Positions 41,188 through 55,424 of a stretch of 64,000 nucleotides of DNA are shown piece by piece (the first letter of the stretch is position 1; each line of letters starts with the position of its first letter). The stretch is from Escherichia coli (GTDB taxonomy: Bacteria; Pseudomonadota; Gammaproteobacteria; Enterobacterales; Enterobacteriaceae). The notes under the pieces are model-generated. The model made no database searches and was not told where the DNA came from. It saw only the letters and a list, made by a program, of their open reading frames with translations. The position numbers and the translations under genes were made by a program. The stretch is taken from the NCBI RefSeq assembly GCF_044647545.1, contig NZ_CP172818.1; one strand, 5' to 3'.

Positions 41188-42324
41188 TTACTTGTGTTCT
41201 TCATCAGCCAGTACGACCTCCCAGCTTTCTACCCAATTAATGGCCATTTTTTGGTCGAGAGAGTGGTCAAAGTCAGGATCGTCTTCATTGAAGAATTCGC
41301 TGACCATCACCATCTTGCCATTTTCCAGTTCAACAACCGACTCCAGCGTCATGCCTTTGTAGTTACGCTCGCGAACGTAACCAATCAGCCCTTCAGCGTG
41401 GTTGTCGTCGTTAATCTCTTCAACACGTAAGTCTTCCGGGCGCAGCAGAACATGCAGTTTTTGCCCCGGTTCAACGGCGAAGTTAACGTAGATATTACAT
41501 TCGCGGCCTTCAACGTTGGCGCGTACGCGCTGCTCGTCGAGACGTTCGATGACAGTGGCGTTAAACATATTGATTTCGCCAATAAACCCAGCAACAAACA
41601 GGTTTTTCGGCTCTTCATAGATTTCACGCGGCGTGCCGTCTTGCTCAATGCGACCATCGCGCATCACCACGATCCTGTCCGACATGGTAAGTGCTTCTTC
41701 CTGGTCGTGAGTCACGAACACGAATGTAATGCCAAGCTTACGCTGTAACGCTTTCAGCTCGTTCTGCATTTGCTTGCGCAGTTTGTAATCCAGCGCTGAG
41801 AGCGACTCATCCAGCAACAACAGACGAGGCTTGTTAACCACCGCGCGAGCAATGGCGACGCGTTGCTGTTGACCACCAGAGAGCTGATGCGGTTTGCGTT
41901 GAGCGAAGGTTTCCAGCTGCACCATCCGCAGGGCTTCCATCACGCGGGGCGTAATTTCAGCAGCGGGGGTTTTTTGCATGCGCAACCCAAAGGCCACATT
42001 TTCGAACACGGTCATGTGGGGGAAAAGTGCGTAGCTTTGGAAAACAGTATTCACATAGCGGTTTTCCGCCGGAACGTGGGTGATGTCCTCGTTATCCAGC
42101 ATGATACGTCCGGAATCAACAGTTTCCAGACCTGCAATCAGGCGAAGAACGGTTGTTTTACCGCAGCCAGAAGGGCCAAGCAGCGTGAGGAACTCGCCAT
42201 TGTTGATAGTCAGATCCAGCTGGGGAATGACCTCTTTACCATCAAAGCATTTGCGAATTCCCGCCAATTGCACCAGCGGTGAAAGCGAACTCGGTTGTTT
42301 ATTCAATTTTTTACTCTGTCCCAT
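41188..42324 (-). CDS. potA: spermidine/putrescine ABC transporter ATPase
   Basis: ORF track 378 aa; Walker [10 protein letters not shown], signature LSGGQQQR. Confidence 0.95.
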
Positions 42325-42573
42325 GTAAACGCAACGGATGGCTTACCGATGCGGGGTTTGTGGTTAACCACCTTGGTGACTCTTAATGAGGGCGGTAATT
42401 CTACGGCAAACCGCTTGAATCGCCAATCTTTGTTGTGAATTACTGGCTTAGCTTTATATTCATTAAGGTAATGCTGATAAATATTCCCGCTTGCAGGGGT
42501 AAAAGTGACCTGACGCAATATTTGTCTTTTCTTGCTTCTTAATAATGTTGTCACAAAAAGTGAGGGTGACTAC

Positions 42574-43800
42574 ATGGATAAACTACTTGAGCGATTTTTG
42601 AACTACGTGTCTCTGGATACCCAATCAAAGGCAGGGGTGAGACAGGTTCCCAGCACGGAAGGCCAATGGAAGTTATTGCATCTGCTGAAAGAGCAGCTCG
42701 AAGAGATGGGGCTTATCAATGTGACCTTAAGTGAGAAGGGCACTTTGATGGCGACGTTACCGGCTAACGTCCCTGGCGATATCCCGGCGATTGGCTTTAT
42801 TTCTCATGTGGATACCTCACCGGATTGCAGCGGCAAAAATGTGAATCCGCAAATTGTTGAAAACTATCGCGGTGGCGATATTGCGCTGGGTATCGGCGAT
42901 GAAGTTTTATCACCGGTTATGTTCCCGGTGCTGCATCAGCTACTGGGTCAGACGCTGATTACCACCGATGGTAAAACCTTGTTAGGTGCCGATGACAAAG
43001 CAGGTATTGCAGAAATCATGACCGCGCTGGCGGTATTGCAACAAAAAAACATTCCGCATGGTGATATTCGCGTCGCCTTTACCCCGGATGAAGAAGTGGG
43101 CAAAGGGGCGAAACATTTTGATGTTGACGCCTTCGATGCCCGCTGGGCTTACACTGTTGATGGTGGTGGCGTAGGCGAACTGGAGTTTGAAAACTTCAAC
43201 GCCGCGTCGGTCAATATCAAAATTGTCGGTAACAATGTTCATCCGGGCACGGCGAAAGGCGTGATGGTAAATGCGCTGTCGCTGGCGGCACGTATTCATG
43301 CGGAAGTTCCGGCGGATGAAAGCCCGGAAATGACAGAAGGCTATGAAGGTTTCTATCACCTGGCGAGCATGAAAGGCACCGTTGAACGGGCCGATATGCA
43401 CTACATCATCCGTGATTTCGACCGTAAACAGTTTGAAGCGCGTAAACGTAAAATGATGGAGATCGCCAAAAAAGTGGGCAAAGGGTTACATCCTGATTGC
43501 TACATTGAACTGGTGATTGAAGACAGTTACTACAATATGCGCGAGAAAGTGGTTGAGCATCCGCATATTCTCGATATCGCCCAGCAGGCGATGCGTGACT
43601 GCGATATTGAACCGGAACTGAAACCGATCCGCGGCGGTACCGACGGCGCGCAGTTGTCGTTTATGGGATTACCGTGCCCGAACCTGTTCACTGGCGGTTA
43701 CAACTATCATGGTAAGCATGAGTTTGTGACTCTGGAAGGTATGGAAAAAGCGGTGCAGGTGATCGTCCGTATTGCCGAGTTGACGGCGCAACGGAAGTAA
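42574..43800 (+). CDS. pepT: peptidase T (tripeptide aminopeptidase), 408 aa from ATG at 42574
   Basis: ORF track 42532..43800; [22 protein letters not shown]20 family. Confidence 0.93.
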   Translation: MDKLLERFLNYVSLDTQSKAGVRQVPSTEGQWKLLHLLKEQLEEMGLINVTLSEKGTLMATLPANVPGDIPAIGFISHVDTSPDCSGKNVNPQIVENYRGGDIALGIGDEVLSPVMFPVLHQLLGQTLITTDGKTLLGADDKAGIAEIMTALAVLQQKNIPHGDIRVAFTPDEEVGKGAKHFDVDAFDARWAYTVDGGGVGELEFENFNAASVNIKIVGNNVHPGTAKGVMVNALSLAARIHAEVPADESPEMTEGYEGFYHLASMKGTVERADMHYIIRDFDRKQFEARKRKMMEIAKKVGKGLHPDCYIELVIEDSYYNMREKVVEHPHILDIAQQAMRDCDIEPELKPIRGGTDGAQLSFMGLPCPNLFTGGYNYHGKHEFVTLEGMEKAVQVIVRIAELTAQRK

Positions 43801-43808
43801 GCGAAAAG

Positions 43809-43835
43809 GGATGCGGCATGTGATGCCGCATCCGG
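43809..43835. repeat. REP palindromic unit
   Basis: ggatgcggcatgtgatgccgcatccgg between pepT and roxA. Confidence 0.8.
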
Positions 43836-43848
43836 CTTAAATCCAAAC

Positions 43849-44970
43849 TTACCCTTCGAAGAACCAGTATCCGCTATTGACCAGCGCCGCGAGCATCGCG
43901 AGGAATGACGGATCTTCCAGCGCATCGCCAAAATTCTCCGCGGTCAGCGCAATGTTGCTGGCGAGCGCATCCAGTGCCGGACGGTGCGGGGAATCGATCT
44001 TCTCACCATTGGCATACACATCGTCGCCAATGCGCAATACGCGCAGACCCCCCAGGCGCACCAGCACATCACCTTGTTTCAGCGCATCGTAGATTTCATC
44101 CGGCTGATAAGGCGGCTCTGGCGGCGCGATATCCAGTTCATGACGTGACTGGGATATAAACTCGCCAAACCATTGCTTAAAATGTTCCGGCTGGTTGATC
44201 AATTCGAGCATCATCTCACGCAGTTTATCCATCTCTTGCGGCAGAACGTCCGCAGGATGAGCGCGAGGTGGAACATCAGGATCGCTGTAGTAGTTGCCGC
44301 CCAGTTCACGTTGCAGCACATAATCGGCAAATCCACTAATCAGTTCCCGCGTATTTGGCGCGCGAAAACCTACGGAATAGTTCATCGCATTTTCCAGCGC
44401 GTAGCCTTCATGCGGGAATCCTGGCGGAATATAAAGAATATCACCAGGCTCCAGCTCTTCATCGATGATGGCTTCGAACGGATCGACCTGTAACAGATCC
44501 GGATGTGGGCAGTGCTGTTTCATTTGCAGCTTTTCACCCACTCGCCAGCGACGACGTCCGGTACCCTGAATAATAAACACGTCGTACTGATCGAGATGTG
44601 GGCCGACGCCGCCGCCAGGTACGGAAAAAGAGATCATCAGGTCATCAATACGCCAGTCCGGTAGTTCACGGAACGGTCGCATTAGCGCGGCGGTCGGCTC
44701 ATGCCAGTGGTTCACTGCCTGTACCAGTAACGACCAGTTGGTTTCACCGAGATGATCGTAGCTTTCGAACGGGCCGTGGCTGACCTGCCATTTGCCATCC
44801 TGGTGACTGACCAGTCGACTGTCGACTTCGCTTTCCATCGCCAGACCCGCCAACTCGTCTGGAGAGATCGGGTCAATAAAATTATTAAAGCCGCGTTTTA
44901 ACACCACCGGGCGTTTCTGCCAGTGACGTTCAAGAAAATCGGGCCAGTTAAGAGTGAGTTGGTATTCCAT
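43849..44970 (-). CDS. roxA: JmjC-domain ribosomal protein L16 arginine hydroxylase RoxA (YcfD), 373 aa
   Basis: ORF track 43849..44979; MEYQLTLNWPDFLERHWQKRP start; cupin/JmjC HxD...H pattern. Confidence 0.88.
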   Translation of the reverse strand: MEYQLTLNWPDFLERHWQKRPVVLKRGFNNFIDPISPDELAGLAMESEVDSRLVSHQDGKWQVSHGPFESYDHLGETNWSLLVQAVNHWHEPTAALMRPFRELPDWRIDDLMISFSVPGGGVGPHLDQYDVFIIQGTGRRRWRVGEKLQMKQHCPHPDLLQVDPFEAIIDEELEPGDILYIPPGFPHEGYALENAMNYSVGFRAPNTRELISGFADYVLQRELGGNYYSDPDVPPRAHPADVLPQEMDKLREMMLELINQPEHFKQWFGEFISQSRHELDIAPPEPPYQPDEIYDALKQGDVLVRLGGLRVLRIGDDVYANGEKIDSPHRPALDALASNIALTAENFGDALEDPSFLAMLAALVNSGYWFFEG

Positions 44971-45045
44971 GTTAAGCATCCACAGGCTGGTATCTGCAAC
45001 CGATTATAACGGATGCTTAACGTAATGCGTGAAGTATGGACATAT

Positions 45046-46506
45046 TTATTCATCTTTCGGCGCAGAATGCTGGCGACCAAAAATCACCTCCATCCGCGCA
45101 CCGCCCATCATGCTCTCTCCGGCGACGATTTTACCCTCATATTGCTCGGTGATTTCGCGGGCTACCGCCAGCCCCACACCTTGCCCAGGGCGTAAAGTAT
45201 CAACCCGTTGACCACGGTCGAAAATGACCTCTCGCTTGCTTAATGGAATACCGGGGCCATCATCCTCGACCACAATATAGAGATGCTCGTCGGTTTGCCT
45301 TGCAGAAATTTCGACAAACTCGAGGCAATATTTACAGGCATTATCCAGCACATTGCCCATCACCTCGACAAAATCGTTCTGCTCACCAACAAAGCTGATC
45401 TCTGGCGAAATATCGAGAGAGATATTGACCCCTTTGCGTTGATACACTTTGTTCAGCGCCGAGGTGAGATTGTCCAGCAGTGGGGCGACCGGATGCAGTT
45501 CGCGGCTGAGCAATGTCCCGCCGCGCATACTGGCACGATGCAGGTAGTAGCCAATTTGCTGTGAAATGCGGCTGATTTGCTCCAGCATTACCGGCTCAGC
45601 ATCACTGACGCTCATCTTCTCACTACGCAGAGAACGCAGCGTACTTTGCAGCACCGCCAGTGGCGTTTTCAGACTATGGGTCAGGTCGGTGAGCGTTGTA
45701 CGATATTTGTCGTAACGTTCGCGTTCACTTTTTAACAATCGGTTCAGGTTTCGTACCAGACTTGTCAGTTCTCGCGTTGTGGCTGGATTGAGCAATTCGC
45801 GGTTATGTTCTTCCAGTTCGCGGACTTCTTTTGCCAGGGCTTCGATGGGGCGTAAACTCCACCAGGCGGCGACCCACAGCAGCGGGATCACTAACAGCAG
45901 ATTGGCTGAGAGCACATAGATAAACCAGCTCCAGACCATATAGGAACTTTTTAGCTCCACCGGAATGGTATCCACCACCACAATGGTTAACTTTGGCATC
46001 CGCGATGTTGCCGGGTAGACGTTTACCGCCACCGAGTGGGTCATCTCCGCGTCGTCATCATCTTCCCGCACTTCCTGCAACTGTTGCTGTATCGAATGAT
46101 CTCCACTCAGCAAGAGGCTGGTATCGTTAACATCCGCTTCAATTTCATGAAAACCATTCGATTTCAGCCAGTCAGGCTGGATCATCTTCATCAGCCAGGG
46201 CACGTCACGTTGCGCCCATAAAAGCTGCCCGTTCTCATCATAAATTAGCGTCATGGTGGGGCTTTGCTTGTCGATATTTTCGGGTAACTCGACATGCAAC
46301 TTATTGTTTTCCCACTTCGCAAGGGTATAGAACAGATTGCTCTCGCCACGTAACAGCCGAAACGTAGTTTTATCGAAACTGACGCTATAACCGATCAGCG
46401 CGACCATTCCGTAGGCAAGCGAAAGCACCAGTACTACCGCTGCCGTTGCCAACAGAAAACGTACCCGCAGCGAGAGCGGGAAAAAAAGACGCAGTAATTT
46501 TTTCAT
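45046..46506 (-). CDS. phoQ: sensor histidine kinase PhoQ
   Basis: ORF track 486 aa; two TM segments flanking periplasmic domain, H-box, ATPase domain. Confidence 0.95.
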   Translation of the reverse strand: MKKLLRLFFPLSLRVRFLLATAAVVLVLSLAYGMVALIGYSVSFDKTTFRLLRGESNLFYTLAKWENNKLHVELPENIDKQSPTMTLIYDENGQLLWAQRDVPWLMKMIQPDWLKSNGFHEIEADVNDTSLLLSGDHSIQQQLQEVREDDDDAEMTHSVAVNVYPATSRMPKLTIVVVDTIPVELKSSYMVWSWFIYVLSANLLLVIPLLWVAAWWSLRPIEALAKEVRELEEHNRELLNPATTRELTSLVRNLNRLLKSERERYDKYRTTLTDLTHSLKTPLAVLQSTLRSLRSEKMSVSDAEPVMLEQISRISQQIGYYLHRASMRGGTLLSRELHPVAPLLDNLTSALNKVYQRKGVNISLDISPEISFVGEQNDFVEVMGNVLDNACKYCLEFVEISARQTDEHLYIVVEDDGPGIPLSKREVIFDRGQRVDTLRPGQGVGLAVAREITEQYEGKIVAGESMMGGARMEVIFGRQHSAPKDE

Positions 46507-47177
46507 CAGCGCAATTCGAACAGATAGCCCTGGCCGCGAACGGTGGTAATCACTTCTTGCGGATATTGTGCCTGAATTTTTTTGCGCAGACGTCCCATCA
46601 GTACATCAATGGTATGGCTTTCCCGCAGCTCCGCATCCGGGTAGAGTTGTAGCATTAACGAATCTTTGCTGACCACTTTGCCATTATTGCGTATCAACGT
46701 TTCCATAATGGTGTATTCGAACGCGGTCAGTTTGATCACTTCGTCATTAATAGATAATTCACGGCGGGAGAGATCAACCTGAAACGGTGGTAGCGAAATG
46801 ACCTGTGAAGCCAGACCGCTATTACGCCGCATTAATGCCTGCATTCGCGCCATCACCTCTTCAATATGAAACGGTTTAGTCACGTAATCATCAGCACCGG
46901 CACTTAATACTTCGACTTTGTCCTGCCAGCTTTCACGGGCGGTTAATACCAGAATCGGCAGTGAAACATCATTGCTACGCCAGCGGCGAATCAGTGACAG
47001 ACCATCCTCGTCAGGCAATCCGAGATCGACAATCGCAATATCCGGTAAATGTTCATTGAGATAATAATCGGCTTCTTTGGCATCTTCTGCGTCATCGACC
47101 TGATGACCAGCATCCTGAATCTGAACTTTAAGGTGGTGACGTAACAACGCATTGTCTTCAACAACCAGTACGCGCAT
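46506..47177 (-). CDS. phoP: response regulator PhoP (OmpR family)
   Basis: ORF track 223 aa, [40 protein letters not shown]; 1-nt overlap with phoQ. Confidence 0.97.
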   Translation of the reverse strand: MRVLVVEDNALLRHHLKVQIQDAGHQVDDAEDAKEADYYLNEHLPDIAIVDLGLPDEDGLSLIRRWRSNDVSLPILVLTARESWQDKVEVLSAGADDYVTKPFHIEEVMARMQALMRRNSGLASQVISLPPFQVDLSRRELSINDEVIKLTAFEYTIMETLIRNNGKVVSKDSLMLQLYPDAELRESHTIDVLMGRLRKKIQAQYPQEVITTVRGQGYLFELR

Positions 47178-47237
47178 TTTTATTTCTCCCTGTCTTAATT
47201 ATTAAAATAGTGTAACGCGATTATGTGGTTATGGGGG

Positions 47238-47254
47238 TAAACATTAAATAAACC
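47238..47254 (-). promoter_or_regulatory. PhoP box (direct hexamer repeat) in phoPQ autoregulated promoter
   Basis: plus strand taaaca-ttaaa-taaacc = minus strand GGTTTA-TTTAA-TGTTTA, matching (T/G)GTTTA-N5-(T/G)GTTTA about 60 nt upstream of phoP ATG. Confidence 0.75.
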
Positions 47255-47310
47255 AGCGGGGGAGGGGAGGTAAAGTGAAAAAATAAAAAGCGGATAATCT
47301 TAATAAGCAG

Positions 47311-47333
47311 GCCGGACAGCATCGCTATCCGGC
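47311..47333. repeat. REP-like palindrome / terminator downstream of purB
   Basis: gccggacagcatcgctatccggc. Confidence 0.65.
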
Positions 47334-47345
47334 ACTGATACGAGT

Positions 47346-48719
<1,374 letters not shown>

Positions 48720-49361
48720 TCACAACTCCGGGGTTAAATGAGCAAGAATTTGTTTTGCCTGAGTGGTCAGGCGATTACGAGAAAACATCAGTTGCAGACG
48801 TCCGCCGCCAACCTGGTGCCAGAGCACGGCGGCGCGAATGCCTGCCAGCAGGGTTGCGCGAACTTTCGCCTGCACTTGTGGGCTTTGCAGTACAGCAGGG
48901 GAACCGGTTACCTGAATGCGCGGGCCAAGCGGGCTAATCACATCAACATAGATAGCAGCCATCGCGCTCATCAGCGTTTCGGACTGTAAATCGAAGTGTT
49001 CGAGCTGGCGTTGCAGGCCGTTGATCCGGTTGCCCAGAGTGTCGAGCGCACCTTTCGCTGAGGAGAGTTTGCGCTCAAGCACCATCAGGCTGAGTGTGTA
49101 GCGGGTTAATTCAGCGTTTAAGCCCTGGCGACTGCTGGCATTGAGCACGCCGAGCAGGGTTTCCAGCCCGACGCGCAGGTTGGCTTCGCTGCCGCCAAAA
49201 ACCGCCAGCGTTGAGCTGGGGTTCATATCGATAATACTGTTGAGTGAGACGTGTAGCGCATCGCCATCACAATGCCCCTGGTGAGCGAGTTGTTGCACCA
49301 GGCGTGCCGACTGACAAATACCGGCCAGGGCGAGGGTGATGTCATAGTAATTCTTTGCCAC
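48720..49361 (-). CDS. hflD: lysogenization regulator HflD (GTG start, 213 aa)
   Basis: ORF track 48720..49367; [29 protein letters not shown]. Confidence 0.9.
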   Translation of the reverse strand: MAKNYYDITLALAGICQSARLVQQLAHQGHCDGDALHVSLNSIIDMNPSSTLAVFGGSEANLRVGLETLLGVLNASSRQGLNAELTRYTLSLMVLERKLSSAKGALDTLGNRINGLQRQLEHFDLQSETLMSAMAAIYVDVISPLGPRIQVTGSPAVLQSPQVQAKVRATLLAGIRAAVLWHQVGGGRLQLMFSRNRLTTQAKQILAHLTPEL

Positions 49362-49396
49362 GTTCACTGCTTCCTTGTTTTAAGTAAAGATAATAA

Positions 49397-51018
<1,622 letters not shown>

Positions 51019-51027
51019 TTTGCATCC

Positions 51028-51681
51028 TTAATCTGTCGCGTCTCGCCATTCGCCATTGGCAAGATTATCCAAAGAGTAATCACCCATCGCATAGCGAATC
51101 AGTCGCAGCGTGGGGAAACCAACATGGGCGGTCATGCGGCGCACCTGGCGATTACGTCCTTCATATAAGGTGATCTTCAGCCAGCTGGTGGGAATACTTT
51201 TGCGTTCACGAATTGGTGGATTCCGCGGCCATAACCACGCGGGTTCGTCAACCAGCTCTACGCCTGCGGGCAGGGTAGGGCCATCATTTAAGGTTACGCC
51301 ATTGCGCAAGGCTTCAAGTGCGTCTTGTGTGGGAATACCTTCCACCTGCACATAATAGATTTTTCCGGTGCGTTTACCCGGCTGGGTTAAACGCGCCTGC
51401 AACGCGCCGTTATTGGTCAGCACCAGTAACCCTTCGCTATCGCGGTCAAGACGACCTGCTGCATAAACGCCCTGAACCGGGATGAATTCTTTTAATGTTT
51501 TGCGTCCGGCTTCATCGGTGAACTGCGGAAGAACATCGTAGGGTTTATTGAACAGGATCACACGCGTGGGCTGGTTTTCAGGTTTACGCTTAGTGGAGTG
51601 TTGCGAGTTTAGTCGACTAACCTGTTTTTTTCTAAAAGAAGTTTTTTGCATGGTATTTTCAGAGATTATGAATTGCCGCAT
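51028..51681 (-). CDS. rluE: 23S rRNA pseudouridine synthase RluE
   Basis: ORF track 217 aa; RsuA-family core [17 protein letters not shown]. Confidence 0.9.
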   Translation of the reverse strand: MRQFIISENTMQKTSFRKKQVSRLNSQHSTKRKPENQPTRVILFNKPYDVLPQFTDEAGRKTLKEFIPVQGVYAAGRLDRDSEGLLVLTNNGALQARLTQPGKRTGKIYYVQVEGIPTQDALEALRNGVTLNDGPTLPAGVELVDEPAWLWPRNPPIRERKSIPTSWLKITLYEGRNRQVRRMTAHVGFPTLRLIRYAMGDYSLDNLANGEWRDATD

Positions 51682-51852
51682 TATAGCCTAATAACGCGCA
51701 TCTTTCATGACGGCAAACAATAGGGTAGTATTGACAAGCCAATTACAAATCATTAACAAAAAATTGCTCTAAAGCATCCGTATCGCAGGACGCAAACGCA
51801 TATGCAACGTGGTGGCAGACGAGCAAACCAGTAGCGCTCGAAGGAGAGGTGA

Positions 51853-53103
51853 ATGGAAAGTAAAGTAGTTGTTCCGGCACAAGGCAAGAAGATCACCCTG
51901 CAAAACGGCAAACTCAACGTTCCTGAAAATCCGATTATCCCTTACATTGAAGGTGATGGAATCGGTGTAGATGTAACCCCAGCCATGCTGAAAGTGGTCG
52001 ACGCTGCAGTCGAGAAAGCCTATAAAGGCGAGCGTAAAATCTCCTGGATGGAAATTTACACCGGTGAAAAATCCACACAGGTTTATGGTCAGGATGTCTG
52101 GCTACCTGCTGAAACCCTTGATCTGATTCGTGAATATCGCGTTGCCATCAAAGGCCCGCTGACCACTCCGGTTGGTGGTGGTATTCGCTCTCTCAACGTT
52201 GCTCTGCGCCAGGAACTGGATCTCTACATCTGCCTGCGTCCGGTACGTTACTATCAGGGCACTCCAAGCCCGGTTAAACACCCTGAACTGACCGATATGG
52301 TTATCTTCCGTGAAAACTCGGAAGACATTTATGCGGGTATCGAATGGAAAGCAGACTCTGCCGACGCTGAGAAAGTGATTAAATTCCTGCGTGAAGAGAT
52401 GGGCGTGAAGAAAATTCGCTTCCCGGAACATTGCGGCATCGGTATTAAGCCGTGTTCTGAAGAAGGCACCAAACGTCTGGTTCGTGCAGCGATCGAATAC
52501 GCAATTGCTAACGATCGTGACTCTGTGACCCTGGTGCACAAAGGCAACATCATGAAGTTCACCGAAGGCGCGTTTAAAGACTGGGGCTACCAGCTGGCGC
52601 GTGAAGAGTTTGGCGGTGAACTGATCGACGGCGGCCCGTGGCTGAAAGTTAAAAACCCGAACACCGGCAAAGAGATCGTCATTAAAGACGTGATTGCTGA
52701 TGCATTCCTGCAACAGATCCTGCTGCGTCCGGCTGAATATGATGTTATCGCCTGTATGAACCTGAACGGTGACTACATTTCTGACGCCCTGGCAGCGCAG
52801 GTTGGCGGTATCGGTATCGCCCCTGGCGCAAACATCGGTGACGAATGCGCCCTGTTTGAAGCCACCCACGGTACTGCGCCGAAATATGCCGGTCAGGACA
52901 AAGTAAACCCAGGCTCTATTATTCTCTCCGCTGAGATGATGTTACGCCATATGGGCTGGACTGAAGCCGCAGACTTGATTGTTAAAGGTATGGAAGGCGC
53001 AATCAACGCCAAGACTGTAACCTATGACTTCGAACGTCTGATGGAAGGCGCTAAACTGCTGAAATGTTCAGAGTTTGGTGACGCGATCATCAAGAATATG
53101 TAA
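51853..53103 (+). CDS. icd: isocitrate dehydrogenase (NADP); 3' end carries the e14 attachment junction
   Basis: ORF track 416 aa, [38 protein letters not shown]. Confidence 0.97.
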   Translation: MESKVVVPAQGKKITLQNGKLNVPENPIIPYIEGDGIGVDVTPAMLKVVDAAVEKAYKGERKISWMEIYTGEKSTQVYGQDVWLPAETLDLIREYRVAIKGPLTTPVGGGIRSLNVALRQELDLYICLRPVRYYQGTPSPVKHPELTDMVIFRENSEDIYAGIEWKADSADAEKVIKFLREEMGVKKIRFPEHCGIGIKPCSEEGTKRLVRAAIEYAIANDRDSVTLVHKGNIMKFTEGAFKDWGYQLAREEFGGELIDGGPWLKVKNPNTGKEIVIKDVIADAFLQQILLRPAEYDVIACMNLNGDYISDALAAQVGGIGIAPGANIGDECALFEATHGTAPKYAGQDKVNPGSIILSAEMMLRHMGWTEAADLIVKGMEGAINAKTVTYDFERLMEGAKLLKCSEFGDAIIKNM

Positions 53104-53126
53104 TTACTACATGTGTTAAATATTGT

Positions 53127-53157
53127 AACGGGCGTATAACACGCCCGTTGTTTTTTG
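53127..53157 (+). terminator. rho-independent terminator after icd
   Basis: aacgggcg-tataaca-cgcccgtt followed by ttgtttttt. Confidence 0.8.
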
Positions 53158-53172
53158 TTAGGCTGCTAACGG

Positions 53173-53205
53173 TTATCAAAATTTTATCAAAAAAAGTTAT
53201 CAAAA
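53173..53205 (+). repeat. three direct repeats of TTATCAAAA (candidate integrase arm-type or accessory-factor sites near attL)
   Basis: ttatcaaaa at 53173-53181, 53184-53192 and 53197-53205 in the icd-ymfD intergenic region. Confidence 0.4.
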
Positions 53206-53520
53206 CCCCTCGGTAGTTTTGGGGTAGGCTGGCCGGTCAGGTGGTAGTTCTACTACTAGTCTCCCACATAGATATTCCTTAGCTTTTTATTATTGCTGGC
53301 GGACGCTCGTTAATATTTAAGGTCTTCATTGATTAAGACATCCCCAAAGTTAGTTATGTATTCACTGTTATTAGGACAATTATGAATTACCACTCCTTAC
53401 ACCCGCTCAAATATTGTTAAATTGCCGGTTTTGTATCAACTACTCACCCGGGACTCGCCAGGGGACAGCCAACAGGCATTGGGTGCAATCACCTTAGCGT
53501 TCAGGTACATGCGGAATGTA

Positions 53521-53543
53521 AAAAAGGCCGCGAGCGCGGCCCC
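53521..53543 (-). terminator. rho-independent terminator after ymfD
   Basis: plus strand aaaaaggccgcgagcgcggcccc; on minus strand a GC hairpin followed by UUUUU. Confidence 0.7.
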
Positions 53544-53596
53544 TTCACATACATCTTTAGTACTGAGACTGTTTAACCTAGGGAATTATTATCGTA

Positions 53597-54262
53597 TTAT
53601 ATTGCATTACAACTCCCAACAGTGACATATGAACTTCCTGCTTTACTCCACGACTTTAATATTTCAAGGCCATGTGAAGAACATATTTCTTGCACTGCGA
53701 GTTCATCGAGTAATCCATAGTAAGAAACACTTTTTGAATTTTTGTAAATGTATCCGTAAAGATGTTTTCTTCCTGTTTCGTATTTTTTGAAGTATGAGCT
53801 TTTATATTGATTTACAATAAGAGTCTCACCTCCTGATTTTAGTAATCTCTTGATGCTAAGAACTATTTTGTCGATTGTATCCCGACAAGGAACGGCAGAG
53901 AGAACATTAGAGCAAAGGATGAAATCGTAACCCCCAATTATTTTGTCGACATCCTCGAAAGCAACTGTATTTGCATTTTTATAATATCGTGGGACATAGT
54001 CAATAATTTTAGTTTTAATTCCTCTAATAATTTGCTCTCTTTCAAGTTGCCTTTTCGAGTCTAGAAAAGTAACTTCATCAAATTTACTGATTAATTCATC
54101 AGAATATCTAAGTTTTCCGCAGCCAAAATCAAGGGCGTGGCCATTTTTCTCAATGCTTCTAATATACTCGCAAAGATATCTAGAGGGCATCGTATGAGGT
54201 TTTGCTGCATTCTCTGAGCGAATATTAACTCCGTGCATATTATAGTTCAAAGCAAGTACCAT
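53597..54262 (-). CDS. ymfD: e14 putative class I SAM-dependent methyltransferase
   Basis: ORF track 221 aa; motif I ALDFGCGKL, acidic beta-2 end VTFLD, DFILCSNVL; AT-rich; start abuts ymfE stop with 0-nt gap. Confidence 0.85.
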   Translation of the reverse strand: MVLALNYNMHGVNIRSENAAKPHTMPSRYLCEYIRSIEKNGHALDFGCGKLRYSDELISKFDEVTFLDSKRQLEREQIIRGIKTKIIDYVPRYYKNANTVAFEDVDKIIGGYDFILCSNVLSAVPCRDTIDKIVLSIKRLLKSGGETLIVNQYKSSYFKKYETGRKHLYGYIYKNSKSVSYYGLLDELAVQEICSSHGLEILKSWSKAGSSYVTVGSCNAI

Positions 54263-54976
54263 TCAATTAATGTTATTTTTAGTGAAAAATTCTTTTATTT
54301 TATCGTCCGGGATTTTTCCGACTTGACTTTCAGTTCTGGGCTTAACTGTCAAAGCAAAGATAATACCACTCACTGAGAATGATAAAATTACAAAAAAGAA
54401 TAAAGACAGCAAAGAACCTTCAACATGAAAAATATCCATTTGTTTGCAAAAAAAGATTATTAGGAAGGAAATTAATGCAATTATCGAAAATTCAAAAAAT
54501 ATCCAAAAATAGTATACTTTATTCCAGAAGAGTTCAATATAATGTTTGTCTTCAATTTTTCTTACTTCAGGGTAATATAGATTGCTCATTACATTGTGAG
54601 CTTCATCTTTATTTAATTTTCTGTTGACTCCAGCTCTCCGTGATAACGGTTTTATAATTAGATGCTTATCCCAAAGATATCGCACCCGAAGTAGTTTGGC
54701 TGCATTGTTATGTAGGTCTAACGCACCGCTAATTAAATATGCAAAAATCGCAAAAGCACAAGGTAATATACCAAAAGATAGTGCCCAATTAATAAAGCTC
54801 TCATGATCTTTAATAGGTGGGACATACTTGGTTGGTAATGTTATTAAAGGGATGTATTCGTAAATAACTAGAAGTATGCAATATATTAGCGTATTTAAGA
54901 AAGTTGCTTTATGAAGTTTAGGCAACATTTCATTATAATTTTTGGGGGGTTCGAACATATTATTCACCTGAGTCAC
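54263..54976 (-). CDS. ymfE: e14 multi-pass inner membrane protein (start ambiguous: ATG 54976 or GTG 54967)
   Basis: ORF track 237 aa; several hydrophobic helices; AT-rich. Confidence 0.8.
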   Translation of the reverse strand: MTQVNNMFEPPKNYNEMLPKLHKATFLNTLIYCILLVIYEYIPLITLPTKYVPPIKDHESFINWALSFGILPCAFAIFAYLISGALDLHNNAAKLLRVRYLWDKHLIIKPLSRRAGVNRKLNKDEAHNVMSNLYYPEVRKIEDKHYIELFWNKVYYFWIFFEFSIIALISFLIIFFCKQMDIFHVEGSLLSLFFFVILSFSVSGIIFALTVKPRTESQVGKIPDDKIKEFFTKNNIN

Positions 54977-55167
54977 GCTTTAGGATAGTGTAATGGTAAT
55001 ATTTAATTAAGTGTCATTATATACTTTTCAGTAGGTTAGTTACAATTTTTTGTATCTGTTCAGGCTGACCTAGCTTCGCTGACAGACAATATTGTGATCA
55101 GTAGCACGTATCGAGGAGGAGTAGCGCTACAAATTTGACGCTGGGTGAGAATCTGAAATTGATAGAA

Positions 55168-55235
55168 ATGAAATAATGAAATAATGAAATGATGAAATGA
55201 TGAAATGATGAAATGATGAAATGATGAAATGATGA
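55168..55235. repeat. octanucleotide tandem repeat (ATGAAATR) x8.5 in ymfE/lit divergent intergenic region
   Basis: atgaaat recurs with exact 8-nt period at 55168, 55176, 55184, 55192, 55200, 55208, 55216 and 55224, then a partial atga; spacer base a (x2) then g (x6). Confidence 0.9.
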
Positions 55236-55424
55236 CAGAGTGTCCAGTGGGCACGGATGGTGTCTTACGACATGCTTACCTTAATCGTTCCCAGTGTGCC
55301 TATAGCAGATATTCTAAACATGTCGATAATTCATTACGCATATAGTATCGAACATAGAAAAAACTGAAGATTCATCTTATTTTGTATATACTACCTAGCC
55401 CAACAATGTAGAGGTTAACGAAAA

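Noticed and set aside
52102-52869. 255-aa minus-strand ORF
   Set aside because: Antisense to icd; shadow ORF.
55168-55235. Possible CRISPR array
   Set aside because: The repeat unit is only 8 bp with no unique spacers and no cas genes nearby; it is a simple tandem repeat.
55060-55254. 64-aa minus-strand ORF with repetitive SFHHFIIS translation
   Set aside because: The reading frame exists only because it runs through the octamer tandem repeat; no start context; treated as repeat DNA, not a gene.
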